From positions 8,494,001 to 8,558,000 of the forward strand of contig CP075494.1 of NCBI GenBank assembly GCA_021613535.1: a stretch of 64,000 nucleotides of DNA. The letters run 5' to 3'. The position numbers and the translations under genes are program-made. This document shows, piece by piece, positions 60,361 to 64,000 of this stretch. A model generated the notes under the pieces. It made no database searches, was not told the DNA's origin, and saw only the letters and a program-made list of their open reading frames with translations. The stretch is from Adineta vaga (Eukaryota > Animalia > Rotifera). Numbering within the stretch: position 1 is the first letter of the stretch; each line of letters begins with the position of its first letter.

Positions 60361-61669
60361 ATGGCTTCGGATTCAACTGTTAATTCATCTTCTGGTGATA
60401 AAAAGTTACAAATGTATGCTGATGCTGATCATTGTACTGATAAACATTTACAAAAATCTCGTTTATCTCAAATGAGATCATATCTCTATCCAACTTTATT
60501 AGCCTTAATTTTATTAGTTGGAACGACACTTCTTGTTATCACTGTTACCCGACGAAATACATGTCGACAATTGCAAGAACAACGAATTATGCCTAAACTC
60601 GACGTCTTATCTGCTGATTCTGTATGTTAAATATAGATTTGATATTTTCCATAGCATTTAAGACGATTTTGTTTTTTTCTCTAGACAGAGCCATGGATAT
60701 CGTGTGTTAGAACAAGTAAATCATCATCATGTGTTTGTCCTGCCTCATTTATTCATTCGCCAAAAAATCCATCACATTGTATTCCCAGTCATTCCCATTG
60801 TCTTCAGTCATGCAAAACAAATCTTCATTGTTCATGTCATAAACTCAATGACGTAGGTCGTTGTCGTGAAGTGACACGTAATTGGATTGAAAATGAACTT
60901 CAAATCGGTTCACTCGAACCAACCAATCATAATCTGATAAAAAAACAAATTTTACAATATCCATGGTCAGATAATATCAATCATCATCTTGAACATTTAC
61001 TTGCAAATACAAAATCAGGTGAACGATTATTTTTCAGTTCTGATCGACGAACAGGTATTACGATACATGAACAAGAAGATGATTATTTACTTAATGAACG
61101 TTGGACTAAATTTGAAGCAAACACAACTCAACAACATATTGCCTATACACAACTAGATCCTCAAGCACATACTGTATATCGTTTAGATCCATATCTTCTA
61201 CAATATGATATATTTTTTCTTCTTCTTTTTGTTTTAGTGTCGTATGTCATGGATTAATGATGATGGAGCAGTTAATCATGGTTTAATTCATACATGTCCT
61301 GGTGAAACCATTGGTGCACCATATTTCTTCGGTGTAGCTTGTGAAAATGTTCTTGTTCTATGGCAAGGTAGTAAACAATCTCAATTACGACAAGAAGTTG
61401 ATTGGGCTGTATCACGACACCATTTCGAATCAAATCGTCCACATTTACCAGTCTTACTCGATCCATTTCATCGTTATTATTCATTATATGATGATTTAAT
61501 GATGGAAATCAAAGATTTAAATGGTAATGTACTTGGCCAATTGTTTACAAATATCTATAAACCAAACAAATTTGAATTCATTGATGCACATGGAACTATT
61601 CTTATTGCTAATCATACACATATGCAATTCTTACGTTCAACAGATAAACATGCTTGGCTTGATATGTGA
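60361..61669 (+). CDS. Type II membrane protein with Cys-rich (EGF-like) stalk and beta-rich C-terminal domain, ~393 aa
   Basis: Exons 60361-60621, 60685-61173 and 61238-61669 in frame. TM segment YPTLLALILLVGTTLLVITVT; Cys cluster CVCPASF...HCIPSHSHCLQSCKTNLHCSC...C. Confidence 0.65.
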
Positions 61670-61973
61670 ACATGTTGTTGTTGTTGTTGTTATTGTTTTT
61701 TTATCTCGTTTTTATTTGGTTTTAAAGGAAATAAATCGGTTTACTTTCTTTCGTTTGAAGGTTAAAATCTGAATTGTTTTCCAGACAATAATATAGACAA
61801 TTGACATTCGAGTTTAATTGCCATCCATTATCTAATCCGACAATGACAAATGATTGACAGAAGTAAACAACGAAAGATCATTTGGTCAACTTGACTCTAA
61901 TCTAATGTGTTTTTTTTATGAAATGTTACACATGATTTTTATTGATTAGAAATATATTACAAAAAAAAACAAA

Positions 61974-63992
61974 TTATGAACGACCGGTATGATTATTAAT
62001 AAAACGTAATGCACAATATGCAAGTGTTCGAAAAACGATAAACATACCGAAAAGTACCAAAAAATTATAACCAATATCAATTCCTACATCGAAATATTTT
62101 ATTGCATCTTTACTTAGAAATGTACCAGTGGGATTATTTCGACACGAAGGAATGTATGAACCATCAACACATGTATATATACGATCACCGCGAAATTGTA
62201 ATTGTAAACATGCATCATATGAATATTTAAAAAATGATATCCATTTACCCCACACACCTAACCAATGTGGAAGATTTCGAACAAAAAATCCACCAACTAA
62301 CATTAAAGTAAGAAGAAGAACCGTTGCACAAGTCATTGCATGTTGTAAATTTTTCAATGCTGCACCTAATAGAAGACCGAGTGATTCTGCGACAAGTATA
62401 GCTAACAATTGAAAAACCAGAATAGCAAGAAAAATACCAAAATTTGGATTGATATTCGCCATCCAATAGGCAATAATAAGAAATAATGTTGGTAAAACAA
62501 GTTTTAATGGACCTTCTGCTAGAGATTTTGCTACAAAATAGGATGATAAACGATATGATCCACTTGCACGTTCTTTTTCAATGACTGCTCGTTCAAATGG
62601 AAATGATAGTAAACCATTCATTAATGTTTGTAACGGCCAAAATGTCATTAAAAAGAAAATAAATGATGAACGATCAGAAAGTGTATCTTCGGAAAAATCC
62701 ATTCGTAACCAACACAAACCACTAACAACAGCTAAACCTAATGCTTGTATACAATTAAGCAATGTTAATTGACTTTTACCACTTAAACGAAATGCTCGTG
62801 AATAAAGAATTAACATTTGAGGTAGAAAACCTATTGGCCATTTACTTTCATCATTTGTTGGAATTAAATTGACATTATCCGGATTGGTTAAATCTGCTTC
62901 ATTACCGGATGGTTCAGCAAGAAGATATTGTTGACTAGCTGGAGAGGACTGTTGTTGAAATTCAGAAGAAATTGTTTTAATATTGGATACTAATCGATTT
63001 CGAAGATAAACTTGTTTAAGTTCTTCACGAACGTTCATATCTTGATTTACAAGATCCATAACATAATCAGCCGGATTATATTGTTCCGGAGAATGATGTC
63101 CTAACGTAGCGAAATATGCAAGAGCATCATGTGGTTTACCCTAAAAAAAAGAAAATAAGTTTTCTAAGAATAGACAGAGAAATGATTAAAATTACCATAA
63201 AAATTGTTTTTCCATCAGCTAAAAGTATCAATTGATCAAATGATTGAAATATTTGTGATGATGGTTGATGTATAGATGTAATGATTGTTTTACCCTGCAT
63301 AGCTAATTCACGAAGTACATCCATTAAAGCAACGGCAGATGTACTATCCAAACCGGATGTTGGTTCTAGAAAAAGATTGATTAGAAGTTTTTCGTTCGAT
63401 GGTAATCATTTTCAGTTGACTTACCATCAAGAAAAATAACACTGGGATTTGTTAATAATTCTGTTCCAATATTCACTCGTTTCTTTTCACCACCAGATAC
63501 TAACATAATTGGAGTATTAGCACATTTTCGAATACGTAATTGATCAATAATTTGTTCAACTTGAGCTAATTTATCCTGTTTAGATAGATGATTTGGTAGT
63601 CGTAATAAAGCGGTATATGTTAATTGTTGTTTAACAGTTAATTGTTCAAAAAATAGATCTTGTTGAAGAACATATGCTAGTTTACGTTTCATACTTTTAT
63701 CATATCGTTGATTATTAAACCAAATATTACCAGTAACACCACTCAATGCTCGACCAGCAAGTGTATTCAATAGAGTTGTTTTACCACAACCTGATGGACC
63801 CATTAGAGCAACCACTTGTCCTGGATGAATTTGACCAGAAACTTGATCAAGTAAAGTTCGTTGAATAAATCGTTCTTTCGATGATGGATCAATCATTTTT
63901 GCTGGAACGCTGATAACTTTTGAAACGTTGTGAAATGTTACTGTAATACGTGGTGATAAGGAGGACAGAATTCGACTACCTTCGACAGACAT
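61974..63992 (-). CDS. ABCG (White-type) half transporter, NBD-TMD, 3 exons
   Basis: Walker A GPSGCGKT, signature VSGGEKKR, Walker B IFLD|[18 protein letters not shown] and a C-terminal ABC2 membrane domain. Confidence 0.95.
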
Positions 63993-64000
63993 TTGAACTT

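Overview
AT-rich eukaryotic DNA with compact genes and very short GT-AG introns, mostly about 50-65 nt. The gene content suggests a microinvertebrate, most likely a bdelloid rotifer. This is inferred from divergent F-box/LRR genes, intronless orphan GPCRs, atypical-P-box nuclear receptors and an intron-containing WrbA gene. About 20 protein-coding genes can be reconstructed by hand. The main result is a selenoprotein gene the ORF track misses. It is a 4-exon deiodinase-like (thioredoxin-fold) gene at 1810-3033, with an in-frame TGA at 2569-2571 in the catalytic motif AGSIT-U-PPF. It has a well-formed type II SECIS element at 3090-3168 and a non-membrane N-terminal domain unlike animal deiodinases. 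The second result is a probable divergent MEIOC (DUF4582) meiotic regulator at 35521-40071, split across exons that the ORF track largely misses. Other genes are an HSE-driven Hsp70 with 7 introns, a Nibbler/mut-7-type exonuclease, a GLUT transporter, WrbA (likely horizontally acquired), a CMPK2-like kinase, GATA1/2/3, a TRPC channel, an ABCG half-transporter and several orphans. All family calls come from motif recognition only; no searches were run.
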